IMG/VR virus record: IMGVR_UViG_3300006846_000010
Coordinates: 1-64,000 of that record
Reading direction: 5' to 3' (one strand)
From: a virus
Lineage: Duplodnaviria; Caudoviricetes
Length of the DNA: 64,000 nt
Within the stretch, counting starts at the first letter, position 1; every line of letters begins with the position of its first letter. This document shows, piece after piece, positions 1 to 8,513 of this stretch. Below the pieces are notes generated by a model. The model was not told the origin of the DNA. It was given only the letters and a program-made list of their open reading frames with translations, and made no database searches. A program made the position numbers and the translations under genes.

Positions 1-152
1 ACCGCCACCTCCGCCTCCTCCGATGCGTCCCCCGCCTCCGCCCCCTCCGCAGATCCGGCCGAACCCGCCGCGACCTCCGGGACAACCTCCGGCGCGACCG
101 AACCCGCCGCCGCCGCCGCCGCCACCACCACCCGCGCGCCGGGGGTGCTGAC

Positions 153-308
153 GTGCGGCGGTTGCTGGTCGCAACCTTCATCGTAGGCGTCGGCGGGTTC
201 TACGTGTCGGCGTTCTTCGAGCCGCTGTCGTGGCGCGTGGTCGCCGGAGCGTCGGTTTTCATCGTGCTACTGGCAATCGTCGTCCTGATGAGCGGGGGAG
301 AGGCGTGA
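153..308 (+). CDS. small two-TM membrane protein (paralog of 305..493)
   Basis: Hand-translated GTG..TGA: MRRLLVATFIVGVGGFYVSAFFEPLSWRVVAGASVFIVLLAIVVLMSGGEA; GTGA overlap with next gene. Confidence 0.7.
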   Translation: MRRLLVATFIVGVGGFYVSAFFEPLSWRVVAGASVFIVLLAIVVLMSGGEA

Positions 309-493
309 CCGAAGGTCTGGACCCGGTGATGTCGGCTCAGCAGCTACTGCTCGCGGCGATCATTCTGTGCGCCGGCGGCTTTTTACTCGCGGGGTTCTTC
401 GAGCTGCCGTTCAGGTGGCGGGTGGTCGCCGGAGTGCTGGTGTTCGTGGCCTTCCTGGTGGTCGTCGTCCTGACGAGCGGGGAGGGCACGTAG
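305..493 (+). CDS. small two-TM membrane protein
   Basis: Hydrophobic ORF ...GGFLLAGFFELPFRWRVVAGVLVF...VLTSGEGT; start re-placed at GTG 305 (coupled to upstream stop). Confidence 0.7.
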   Translation: MTEGLDPVMSAQQLLLAAIILCAGGFLLAGFFELPFRWRVVAGVLVFVAFLVVVVLTSGEGT

Positions 494-731
494 TCGTGGG
501 CCGGAACGTGCTGCGCCGGGTCGAGGTGGAACTGACCGTTCGGATCACCGACGCGGATCCCAGCGGTCCCGGACGTGAGATGCTGGCGACCGTGACCGCA
601 GACGCTCTGACGACAGGTACGCTTACATCGCTGCGGCGAGTCGCGGCCCGTGTGATCGGCGTCGCGGCCGCGGATGCGATGCCGCACGTTGACGTCTTTG
701 CCGATCAACGTGAGAAGGTGGGTGATCACCC

Positions 732-926
732 GTGACAGAGAACCTGGACCCGTGCCTGTGCACGGCGGCGCTGGGTGCCGCGGTCGCGGCCGGTACCGCC
801 GTCGTGCGCCAGCGGCGCTGCGATGTCACACGACACCGTTGGGTAGGTCGGCGTCTCGTCGCGGTGGGAGCGGTTGCGCTGGCGGTATGCGTGGTGATCG
901 CCGCGGTAGCTCTGCTCTGGCGATAG
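732..926 (+). CDS. small membrane protein
   Basis: Two hydrophobic segments; overlapping GTGA start. Confidence 0.55.
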   Translation: MTENLDPCLCTAALGAAVAAGTAVVRQRRCDVTRHRWVGRRLVAVGAVALAVCVVIAAVALLWR

Positions 927-952
927 ACCGCGGGTGTGATGTTCGATATAAT
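924..952 (+). promoter_or_regulatory. sigma70/SigA-type promoter
   Basis: TAGACC-17 bp-TATAAT upstream of 995. Confidence 0.65.
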
Positions 953-994
953 ATGACATGTGGAAGTTGAGACGATCGATGGGAGAGCTCAGAC

Positions 995-1513
995 GTGTAT
1001 GACGACTTTGTCTACTCGTTCGACCCGGGTGTGACGACCGGACGCACCGCCGAGCGCGACACGACACGGCGAACATCGCCGGCGAGAGGTCCCCGGGTCT
1101 CGGTGGCCAGCATCGCGGCCACGTTGGGTCAACTTGCTCAGAACTCCGCCCGGCGGGCACCGGGCGAGACGCTGCGCGACCGCCTGGTGCGTGAGCGGGA
1201 CGACCTGGAGGCTGGCCTGGCCGTGGTCGCGCGGCAGCTGGCGCGCCGGACCGAGCAGATCGCACACCTGGACCGCTACCCGGCGAAGGATCCGTTCGCG
1301 GACGGGATGACGCTGGAGTTTATCAAGACGTTCCCGGGCGGCGAGCGTGAGTACACCTACGTCGCGCGGCGGATCGAGGACGTCTGGTACCTCACGGGCG
1401 AGCGGTCGCCGCAGGGCGTCGACTGGCCCGCGCTGGTCGAGTTCATGGGTCTCGGCGTCGCCGAGGTCTACCAGATCGGCGGCCGCGGCGGCCGGCACAA
1501 GGTGATCGGCTGA
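995..1513 (+). CDS. hypothetical phage protein (coiled coil plus C-terminal beta domain)
   Basis: High GC3 ORF, GGGAG RBS, promoter upstream. Confidence 0.75.
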   Translation: MYDDFVYSFDPGVTTGRTAERDTTRRTSPARGPRVSVASIAATLGQLAQNSARRAPGETLRDRLVRERDDLEAGLAVVARQLARRTEQIAHLDRYPAKDPFADGMTLEFIKTFPGGEREYTYVARRIEDVWYLTGERSPQGVDWPALVEFMGLGVAEVYQIGGRGGRHKVIG

Positions 1514-1605
1514 TGCTCACGCCCCGGCAGGCCCTGCTGTACCTGGTCAGCCTCGTGGTACTCGTCGCCGCGGTGACGTGGCTGTTCGCGTCGCTGGGTA
1601 GCTAG
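1513..1605 (+). CDS. 30-aa single-TM protein
   Basis: TGATG coupling; MLTPRQALLYLVSLVVLVAAVTWLFASLGS. Confidence 0.6.
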   Translation: MLTPRQALLYLVSLVVLVAAVTWLFASLGS

Positions 1606-1616
1606 GTGACGACGTC

Positions 1617-1958
1617 GTGGCGTACACGCGTCGCTCGTCGCTGCCGGTGGATGAGGTCGCGGTCGGGTTCGTGGTGAACGGTACGGCCATGCGCCTGGAC
1701 AGCATCGACGACGAGGTCGAGGCGGTCCGGCGCATGGCCGCCCGCGGCGTGACGCTGGCGGAGGCCGCACGGCGGTTGCGTATGAGCACGGACACCGCCC
1801 GTAAGCGCGCCCGGGAGGCGCGAGTTCAGCTGGGTACCGACGTCCCGGAGGCGCACTGGACGTACGCGTACTCCGGGTACGGCGCGGCACGCCGCCGTCG
1901 GAGCGAGACGCGCGCGGCGAGGTTGCGCGGGGACGTGGGACGAGACCGAGATGCGTAA
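1617..1958 (+). CDS. helix-turn-helix DNA-binding protein
   Basis: RGVTLAEAARRLRMSTDTARKR HTH-like segment. Confidence 0.65.
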   Translation: MAYTRRSSLPVDEVAVGFVVNGTAMRLDSIDDEVEAVRRMAARGVTLAEAARRLRMSTDTARKRAREARVQLGTDVPEAHWTYAYSGYGAARRRRSETRAARLRGDVGRDRDA

Positions 1959-2121
1959 GGTCTTGGTGCCGAGTCTGCTGGTTCTCGGCGTAGCTTACCT
2001 CTGGGTGGTGGGCGTGTACGTCAACTCACGTGATGAGCCGGGCGCGCGCCTCGCCGGCGTGGCCCTGGTCACCGTGGGAGCGTTTATCGCCGGTATCTTC
2101 TTCGGCTACGTTGTGAGGTAG
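1951..2121 (+). CDS. 56-aa two-TM protein
   Basis: Hand-translated MRKVLVPSLLVLGVAYLWVV...GIFFGYVVR; overlaps upstream stop. Confidence 0.6.
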   Translation: MRKVLVPSLLVLGVAYLWVVGVYVNSRDEPGARLAGVALVTVGAFIAGIFFGYVVR

Positions 2122-2134
2122 TGAGCGTGGATTC

Positions 2135-2512
2135 GTGTGGTCAGTAACCGATGAAGGAGCTCCCGTGGTAGATATAAGCGAAGACCCGATCATCCGGGAG
2201 GCCAACGCCCAGCGGGAACACGAACGCCTGATGCGGCAGGACGCCCAGCGTAGCGAAGAGAGCCTAGCGGAGATAAAAGCTGTCAGCGGGAAACACCGTC
2301 GTGTCATAGCGGCGGTTGCGCTGGGTGTCCTGGCGGCAGCCGCGGTGATCGTTGCGATCATCTGGGCCATAACTGATGCACAGGCTCAGGACCGTCGGTT
2401 CAGGGACGTCGAGCGGGAGCGCCAGGCCGGGATCGCACGCACCTGCATCGAGGCCGGCAACATCTGGATCGACGATGACTGCCTCTTAGCGGTTAAGAGC
2501 GAAGGGAAGTAG
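2135..2512 (+). CDS. single-TM membrane protein
   Basis: Central hydrophobic helix, C-terminal CIEAGNIWIDDDC; start uncertain. Confidence 0.65.
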   Translation: MWSVTDEGAPVVDISEDPIIREANAQREHERLMRQDAQRSEESLAEIKAVSGKHRRVIAAVALGVLAAAAVIVAIIWAITDAQAQDRRFRDVERERQAGIARTCIEAGNIWIDDDCLLAVKSEGK

Positions 2513-2514
2513 AC

Positions 2515-2676
2515 GTGGATTTAATACTCGCGATCTTGGTCATCCTGGGTGTCTTCGCCGCGGTGCGTGTGCTGCTCCACCGTGATGTCACTTGGCCCTA
2601 CCGGGTGTTTGTGCTGGTCTGCCTGGCCGCCCTCGGCCTGGCTCTCTTCATCGCGGCTAACACCGCGGGAATGTAG
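2515..2676 (+). CDS. 53-aa two-TM protein
   Basis: Hand-translated MDLILAILVILGVFAAVRVLL... Confidence 0.6.
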   Translation: MDLILAILVILGVFAAVRVLLHRDVTWPYRVFVLVCLAALGLALFIAANTAGM

Positions 2677-2684
2677 GTGACGTT

Positions 2685-2861
2685 GTGAGTGCTGCCGCGG
2701 CGGGTGCGCTGGTACTGGGTCTACTCGTGTTTTACGTCGGTAAAAACCTCGCGCTCGACCGGGCGTCGTCCGCGTTCACCCGGGCGCTCGGCGCGGGTAT
2801 GGTCATCGTGAGCCTGACGACCGGGGTGGTCGTGGTCACCCGGGAGCTGGGTGCGTGGTAG
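2685..2861 (+). CDS. 58-aa two-TM protein
   Basis: Hand-translated MSAAAAGALVLGLLVFYVGK...RELGAW. Confidence 0.55.
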   Translation: MSAAAAGALVLGLLVFYVGKNLALDRASSAFTRALGAGMVIVSLTTGVVVVTRELGAW

Positions 2862-2863
2862 CC

Positions 2864-2892
2864 TAGACACGTGTGGTGATTTACGATATAAT
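2864..2892 (+). promoter_or_regulatory. SigA-type promoter
   Basis: TAGACA-17 bp-TATAAT. Confidence 0.7.
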
Positions 2893-2919
2893 CGAACCAA
2901 CGAACCGGGAGGGTTCACC

Positions 2920-3150
2920 GTGACCGGTAGGCCGCGTCTCTGGGACCTGGACGACCTCGTCGCCGTAGGCGACATCGCGCGTGAGTTTCACGTGCGACCG
3001 GGCGCGGTGGTGAACTGGCAGACGCGCTACGAAGACTTTCCCACACCGGTTCACACGGTAAGCTCCGGGCGGCTGTTCAGCCGTACACAGGTGCTCGACT
3101 GCATGTGCAACCACGGCTACGAGAGCCTGGTCGCTAGGATGAGGAGATGA
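2920..3150 (+). CDS. AlpA/excisionase-like HTH DNA-binding protein
   Basis: LVAVGDIAREFHVRPGAVVNWQTRYEDFPTP; GGGAGG RBS before GTG 2920. Confidence 0.7.
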   Translation: MTGRPRLWDLDDLVAVGDIAREFHVRPGAVVNWQTRYEDFPTPVHTVSSGRLFSRTQVLDCMCNHGYESLVARMRR

Positions 3151-3431
3151 TCACGTTGAAGTTCGACCCGGACGCACTGCCGAACGTCCAGACCGTACTC
3201 AAGCTGGGGCTGCGCGTGGCCGTCGACAACGGTCGTGTTGACTCCTATGAGGCGAGCGTCGCCGGAGCGGTGTTGCTGACGGCCCTCGCCGCCGACCCGT
3301 CGTTCGCCGACGAGTTGGAGACGGCGCTGGGTAAGGACAACGCCGGTGTGGCTAAGACCGCACTTACCGAGCTTACGGACATCACGGACCGGCACGCCCA
3401 GCCGGTCGACCTCCCCAGGCGTGTCGCCTAG
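3147..3431 (+). CDS. hypothetical protein
   Basis: ATGA coupling, GAGGAG RBS, high GC3. Confidence 0.7.
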   Translation: MITLKFDPDALPNVQTVLKLGLRVAVDNGRVDSYEASVAGAVLLTALAADPSFADELETALGKDNAGVAKTALTELTDITDRHAQPVDLPRRVA

Positions 3432-3441
3432 GGGACGCAGA

Positions 3442-3599
3442 CGCCCGTCGTCCAGGGGCGCGCGTCCGTCTTCCCCCGTTGACGAGGACGCGCGGACCGT
3501 CTGACGCGCCGGACCACCGACGTCGGGTCCGAGGTCGCGCGGAGGGTTAGGACACCGGCTAGGTGCCGGAGACCCGGGGTTCGAGTCCCCGGCGGGCGA
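3442..3599 (+). ncRNA. tRNA-like RNA with ~90-nt structured insertion in the D-loop
   Basis: Acceptor CGCCCG/CGGGCG, D-stem GTCC(3450)/GGAC(3550), anticodon stem CCGGC-TAGGT-GCCGG, T-arm CCGGGG-TTCGAGT-CCCCGG; fills an intergenic gap. Confidence 0.7.
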
Positions 3600-3626
3600 C
3601 GACAACGTCGCGTTAGGAGAAGTCTT

Positions 3627-4106
3627 ATGACCAAACCGGTCGATGTGAGTCCGGCGGTAGACGTCACCGCTACCACCGTCGAGGAGTCCCAGGCCAACCG
3701 GGTCCGGATCAACTGGAAACTTCTGGGCCAACTTTACACCAGACCGCACCCGAACCAGAACCACGTTCACGTACGTTGTTGCACCGCCGAGCCGTTAGGT
3801 GTGGGTGAGGTTCTTCAAGAGGCCCTGGCCGCACAGCATCTTCTCGACCTGGCCGGCATCCCACTCGGACGTGGTGATGACCGGGACATCGACGCACGCA
3901 CGTGGCTCGCCGTCGAGCTGATCGGCGGCCTGCGGGAGCGGCTCGGCCGCATCTCTGCTTGGCACTCACAGGAGACCGGTCCGGGTGGTCTGGTTGGCAG
4001 TCTCTGCGCCGAGTGCGGCGAGACGTGGCCGTGTGATACCCGCCGGATGGCCGACGGTACGTACGATAACTCACAGGTTGAGACACGTGACGTCGGCCTA
4101 GGCTAG
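3627..4106 (+). CDS. hypothetical protein with C-terminal Zn-binding motif
   Basis: H...CAECGETWPC motif, AGGAG RBS. Confidence 0.65.
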   Translation: MTKPVDVSPAVDVTATTVEESQANRVRINWKLLGQLYTRPHPNQNHVHVRCCTAEPLGVGEVLQEALAAQHLLDLAGIPLGRGDDRDIDARTWLAVELIGGLRERLGRISAWHSQETGPGGLVGSLCAECGETWPCDTRRMADGTYDNSQVETRDVGLG

Positions 4107-4231
4107 GGTCGGTCCGAGCACGGGTAAGGCAAGGCATCACACGCACGCCCGGGCCGCCGGTCCGGACCCGGTATCGACGGGTTCCGGCCCGGCGGGCGCG
4201 CGAGGGCCCCGGGCCGACCTAGGAGCTTGTC

Positions 4232-5062
4232 CTGTCAACCACCGCTACCCACCACAGACCCCGGCACCTGCGCACCGCGGGACCGCCGCGGGTCCGCGCC
4301 ACGGAGCCCGTCATCCGCTCCCACCGCCGCACCCCGAACCTGCGATCGCACCGGCCGGCCGGGCCCGCCTCGTACCGGACGCGCGGCGTCCTGGCGGTGC
4401 TCCTCCTGGCCGGCGGGTTACTCGCCTCCTCCGGGGTCGCCGGACCCGCCGGTACCGGCACGTCCGAGCGCCCCAGCGCCTCGAGCGTCACGGAACACCC
4501 GCCCTCATCAGGCAACTACGCCCCGGACCACCGGGATGCCGAGGGAGGACGTCCGGAGGTCGTCGAGCTGCGCACGTCGCGCTCCGCGAGACGCGGTCGC
4601 GCGGTCTCCGCCGTGCCGACTCCGCGCCCGGTGCCCGTGACCTCCCGCTGGGTGAGCCCGGTGCTCGGCGGCCGGGTGTCGTCGTGCTACGGTCCTCGGT
4701 GGGGCACGACGCACGAGGGCGTGGACATCTCCGCGCCGTACGGCACGACGATTCGCGCCGTGGGCGCCGGCACCGTCACCCAGGCCGGGTGGCGCTGGTC
4801 CGGCTACGGCTACACCGTGATCGTGCGGCACCTCGACGGCTGGTCCACGTTCTACGCACACGCGTCGACGGTCTCGGTCCGGACCGACCAGCGGGTCGCC
4901 GCGGGGCAGGTGATCGGCCGCGTGGGCGCGACGGGTCGCGCGACCGGGCCGCACCTTCACCTAGGGGTGGCGCGAGCGACCGAGCCGAATGTCGTCATCA
5001 CATCGTTCACGGACCCGGCGCCGTTCCTACGTATTCGCGGGATCGCCGCGGGGTGCGGCTGA
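4232..5062 (+). CDS. secreted M23 family peptidoglycan endopeptidase
   Basis: HEGVD (HxxxD), YAH, TGPHLH (HxH); hydrophobic signal segment. Frame is open back to the stop at 4220; start is either CTG 4232 (after AGGAG) or GTG 4397. Confidence 0.85.
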   Translation: MSTTATHHRPRHLRTAGPPRVRATEPVIRSHRRTPNLRSHRPAGPASYRTRGVLAVLLLAGGLLASSGVAGPAGTGTSERPSASSVTEHPPSSGNYAPDHRDAEGGRPEVVELRTSRSARRGRAVSAVPTPRPVPVTSRWVSPVLGGRVSSCYGPRWGTTHEGVDISAPYGTTIRAVGAGTVTQAGWRWSGYGYTVIVRHLDGWSTFYAHASTVSVRTDQRVAAGQVIGRVGATGRATGPHLHLGVARATEPNVVITSFTDPAPFLRIRGIAAGCG

Positions 5063-5129
5063 GACCTTCCTGATATGATGCCGTGCAACGGGTCGACGTT
5101 CGTCGCACGACGGGCGGGAGGTGTGCGCG

Positions 5130-5474
5130 ATGACGGTGGGAGAGACGCCGCAAGAGGCCTATAAGCGCGGCGAGATGGACGGCGGCATCGCCGAACGTCT
5201 CGCGGAGTACGGACGACACTTTGATCGAATCAACGGATCCCAGGAGAAGGTTGCCGAGGAGCTTCAGGAGCTACCTAAGTTGCGCCAGGAGATCCAGCGT
5301 GTCGCGGACGGCGTCGAGTCATCGGCGATCGCCCAGCGGGATCTGGAGGCGGCGTTGCGCCGGGCCGGAGCCGCGCGCTGGTCACCGGTCGAGCGACTTA
5401 TCGCGGTGGTCGTCACGTTCACCGCCGTCGTGAGCGCGGTGGCCTCCGTGGTCTCCCTGATCGCGGCCAACTAG
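5130..5474 (+). CDS. coiled-coil protein with C-terminal TM helix (holin-like or accessory lysis protein)
   Basis: GGGAGG RBS; C-terminal hydrophobic helix; adjacent to M23 peptidase. Confidence 0.55.
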   Translation: MTVGETPQEAYKRGEMDGGIAERLAEYGRHFDRINGSQEKVAEELQELPKLRQEIQRVADGVESSAIAQRDLEAALRRAGAARWSPVERLIAVVVTFTAVVSAVASVVSLIAAN

Positions 5475-5512
5475 GTGTGTTGGAGATCGCATATGTATGA
5501 TATAATGACAAC

Positions 5513-5692
5513 ATGAGGACGCCGATCGACCTGCCGTCCTGGGCACGCTGCGTCAACTGCTACGTGCCGGCGACCGGCGGGCGGATCATCCACCGGCGCG
5601 GTTGCCCGGAGCACCGGCGACCGCGACGCGTCGAGCTGGAGCGCGGCGGCCGGGTTCGCGCGGGTGACCTGCCCGCGTTGATGAGGAGATGA
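5513..5692 (+). CDS. small Zn-finger-like protein, leaderless
   Basis: TATAAT 5501-5506 then ATG after a 6-nt gap; CVNC...H...C. Confidence 0.5.
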   Translation: MRTPIDLPSWARCVNCYVPATGGRIIHRRGCPEHRRPRRVELERGGRVRAGDLPALMRR

Positions 5693-5988
5693 AGTGCGTG
5701 GATTCTTGGTGGGGCTGACCACTCTCGCCGCCGGTATGCTGGCGATGATCGCCGTGTACGTCGCGGGTGTTCTGACCTGGGGATGGTTCGGGTGATCGGA
5801 CCTAGCTTCTGCTCGTGTGGTCACCGACACAACCGGCAGGACGGTTATAAGCAGATCGACCGGGAGCGAAACATCTGGGGGTGCGGCACGTGTGGTCTTC
5901 CGACACGGGCGCACCTCGAGGCCGTGCTCCTCCGGGCACAGGCGGCGCGAGGACTGTAGGAGACCGAACGAGATCGACCGACGAGGAG

Positions 5989-6426
5989 ATGGAACGCGTG
6001 CTGACGCGCGTAAGACGACGACTGTTAACCGCCGCCACGACCGTCTTTGTGACCGCGCTGGTCGCGGCCGGCCTGTGGCTTCAGGCGCCGCAGCTGCGGC
6101 CGGGTAAGGAGCCCGATCCGGACCGCGTGCTGCTCAAGCTCTACGTCCAGCGACTGCCGAACAGCAAGATGTTGACGATTCGTACCAGCGTGAACACCGT
6201 TCCGCAACCAGACCTGTCCTCCGTTCCGTACGGCGCCCCGTACAACTGGGAGCGGAAGAAGGTGGTCCTGGAGACCGACAGGGTACTGCTGTCCGTGACC
6301 CAGGAGGGTGAGGGCTTGGTGACGTGCAGCCTCGTGAAGAAGAACCTGCGAACCGGTAAGGTGGAGGTCGTCGACGACTCCCAGCGGACGGATGCCGGCT
6401 CCGTTCGCTGCTACATGAACCGCTAG
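5989..6426 (+). CDS. membrane-anchored MmpS-like beta-sandwich protein 1
   Basis: GAGGAG RBS; N-terminal TM, C-terminal VTCSL...VRC Cys pair. Confidence 0.55.
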   Translation: MERVLTRVRRRLLTAATTVFVTALVAAGLWLQAPQLRPGKEPDPDRVLLKLYVQRLPNSKMLTIRTSVNTVPQPDLSSVPYGAPYNWERKKVVLETDRVLLSVTQEGEGLVTCSLVKKNLRTGKVEVVDDSQRTDAGSVRCYMNR

Positions 6427-6733
6427 CCAGTGTGATCCTCCGCGGCCCAGACCTCGCCGCGAGTCCTGACCGTAACATATGATAGGAGGTTGTGCGTAGG
6501 TGTTTACGATTAGGAGACTGATCGTGGCGTTCGGTGCGCTGGTGGTGGCGACGGTGGTGTTCACCTACCTGGTGCTGACGTACGGACGGGGTCTACCGTG
6601 AGGGGGAAACTGATAACCGCGTTATTCGCGTTGCTGGTCGCTGTGGTAACGGTGATCGTATACCTGTGGGTTACGGCGAACTTTCAGCCGCGGTAGAACC
6701 CGGCTGACCGGGTGAACGAGACGTAGGGAGGAG

Positions 6734-6991
6734 GTGATAGGCGTGATCCACGGAGGTACCGGAGTCGCCGGGATCCCCGACGTGGATGTTCCCGTCCCCA
6801 ACCCGGCGGACGGGTTGAACGAGGACTCGGTGTTCGACGGGTTCGCCAACTTCGTGACCGAGCACTACCGGGTCGTGTCGGTCGGCATCATCATGCTGGG
6901 TCTAATGATGATGTGGAAGCGTCCGGTGTGGCGCGGTATACTCATCGGGGTGCTGCTGCTGAGCGGCGTCTTGTTTTTCGCTACCGCGTAG
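6734..6991 (+). CDS. two-TM membrane protein
   Basis: Strong GGAGGAGG RBS, two hydrophobic helices. Confidence 0.65.
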   Translation: MIGVIHGGTGVAGIPDVDVPVPNPADGLNEDSVFDGFANFVTEHYRVVSVGIIMLGLMMMWKRPVWRGILIGVLLLSGVLFFATA

Positions 6992-7181
6992 TGCGTAGAC
7001 GTACGCGGGTTCGACGCCGGGTACCTGGGAGGAGGTAGAGAGACTTGGGAAAGAGTAAGGGTGGCTTGGGTAAAAACGTCATCGCCGCCGCGATCGGCAT
7101 CAGCATCGCGTTTGTGCTGGCGCTCATCGTGTTTGGCCCGCCCAGCTGGCTGTAACCGGAAAACACACCCCTAGTGCCGAT

Positions 7182-7235
7182 CGGACCGGCCGCGCGGAGC
7201 CGCATCCTCCGCGCGGCCGGTCCGTGTGCTAGGAT
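7182..7235 (+). terminator. 18-bp perfect hairpin directly followed by a -10 box (terminator plus leaderless promoter)
   Basis: CGGACCGGCCGCGCGGAG/CTCCGCGCGGCCGGTCCG; TAGGAT 7230-7235, ATG 7243. Confidence 0.65.
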
Positions 7236-7242
7236 CAGCACT

Positions 7243-8307
7243 ATGAGGCGAGTTCTGCTGACGGGGGCGGGCGGGTTCACCGGGTCCCACGTGTTACGTC
7301 ACCTACTGATGAACACCGACTGGGACATCATCTGTCCCGTGACGTTTCGTCACCGGGGCAACTCGGACCGAATCGCATCCGCGCTGCGGAGCAACGACGA
7401 CTGGCACCGACGCGTGTGCGTAGACATGTGCGACCTGACGGCACCGGTCGCCGACACGGTCGCACGGCGGTGGGGCGAGGTGGACTACGTCCTCAACATC
7501 GCCAGCGAGTCACACGTGGAACGGTCTCTCGAGGACCCGGTGCCGTTCGTGCGAAACAACGTGGAGCTCATCCTCAACGTCTTAGAATACGCACGGCGCG
7601 TGAAGCCTCGGCTGTTTCTCCAGATGTCGACCGACGAGGTGTTCGGACCGGCGCCGAACGGCGTCAACTACCGGGAGTGGGACCCACACGTACCTAGCAA
7701 CCCGTACTCAGCCTCGAAGTCAGCCCAGGAGGCCATCGCGATCTCGTACTGGCGGGCGTACGGCGTGCCACTTGTGGTCACGAACACGATGAACCTCTTC
7801 GGCGAGATGCAAGACACCGAGAAGTACTTCGCGAAGATCATGCGCGCCGTGACGCGCGGCGAGAAGTTGACGGTGCACGTCGGTCCAAACGGGGAGGCCG
7901 GCTCACGGTTTTACATTCACGCTCGCAACTTCGCCGACGCGTGGCTGCACCTGGTGCGGCTCTTCGACGAGCCGGGCTACTCACCGGACTTCGTTTTCCA
8001 GGATGGGCACACCGGTCCGATGGGGCTTCCCGCGTACGCCGACGGCCACGACCGGCCCGCGCGGTACAACGTCGTCGGCAACCGCGAGGTGGATAACCTA
8101 GCACTCGCGGAGATGATCGCCGACGAGATAGGGCGATCACTCCGCTGGATACCCGTGAACTGGCACGAGTCGCGGCCCGGCCACGACCTACGGTACGCGC
8201 TGGACGGCTCGAAGCTGGCGGCGACGGGGTGGAAGTCGCCCGTGTCGCTGGAGGAGTCGGTGCGGCAGACCGTTCGCTGGACGCTCGATCATCCCGAGTG
8301 GCTGTGA
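7243..8307 (+). CDS. NAD-dependent NDP-sugar 4,6-dehydratase (RmlB-like extended SDR)
   Basis: VLLTGAGGFTG, ASESHV, STDEVFG, PYSASK (YxxxK), RPGHDLRY. Confidence 0.9.
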   Translation: MRRVLLTGAGGFTGSHVLRHLLMNTDWDIICPVTFRHRGNSDRIASALRSNDDWHRRVCVDMCDLTAPVADTVARRWGEVDYVLNIASESHVERSLEDPVPFVRNNVELILNVLEYARRVKPRLFLQMSTDEVFGPAPNGVNYREWDPHVPSNPYSASKSAQEAIAISYWRAYGVPLVVTNTMNLFGEMQDTEKYFAKIMRAVTRGEKLTVHVGPNGEAGSRFYIHARNFADAWLHLVRLFDEPGYSPDFVFQDGHTGPMGLPAYADGHDRPARYNVVGNREVDNLALAEMIADEIGRSLRWIPVNWHESRPGHDLRYALDGSKLAATGWKSPVSLEESVRQTVRWTLDHPEWL

Positions 8308-8513
8308 GTGGCTGGGACCTCATCAACGAGGTTGTCGGTCCGAGCTTCACGTGCGCTGTGTCCTGCGGCGGGATCATCGGTGTGATGTACTTTCTGGTCG
8401 TGATTCACAGCCGACACCGACGCCGGTAAGCCACCGTGCGACGCGAGGCACGGTATCTGCGCGAGATGCTATGCTGTCGACGTACCGCAGACCCCGACGG
8501 CGAGGAGGCCACG

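Noticed and set aside
1-150. GCC/ACC-rich low-complexity tandem-like sequence
   Set aside because: Consistent with the Pro/Ala-rich tail of a gene truncated by the window edge; no fixed repeat unit
3442-3599. Calling this a functional tRNA (e.g. Pro-AGG)
   Set aside because: The 5-nt anticodon loop, oversized D-loop and 6-bp acceptor stem do not fit; reported as a tRNA-like ncRNA instead
4103-4225. c-di-AMP or c-di-GMP riboswitch
   Set aside because: Only vague resemblance (GGCAA, ACGCA); the conserved core motifs are not recognisable
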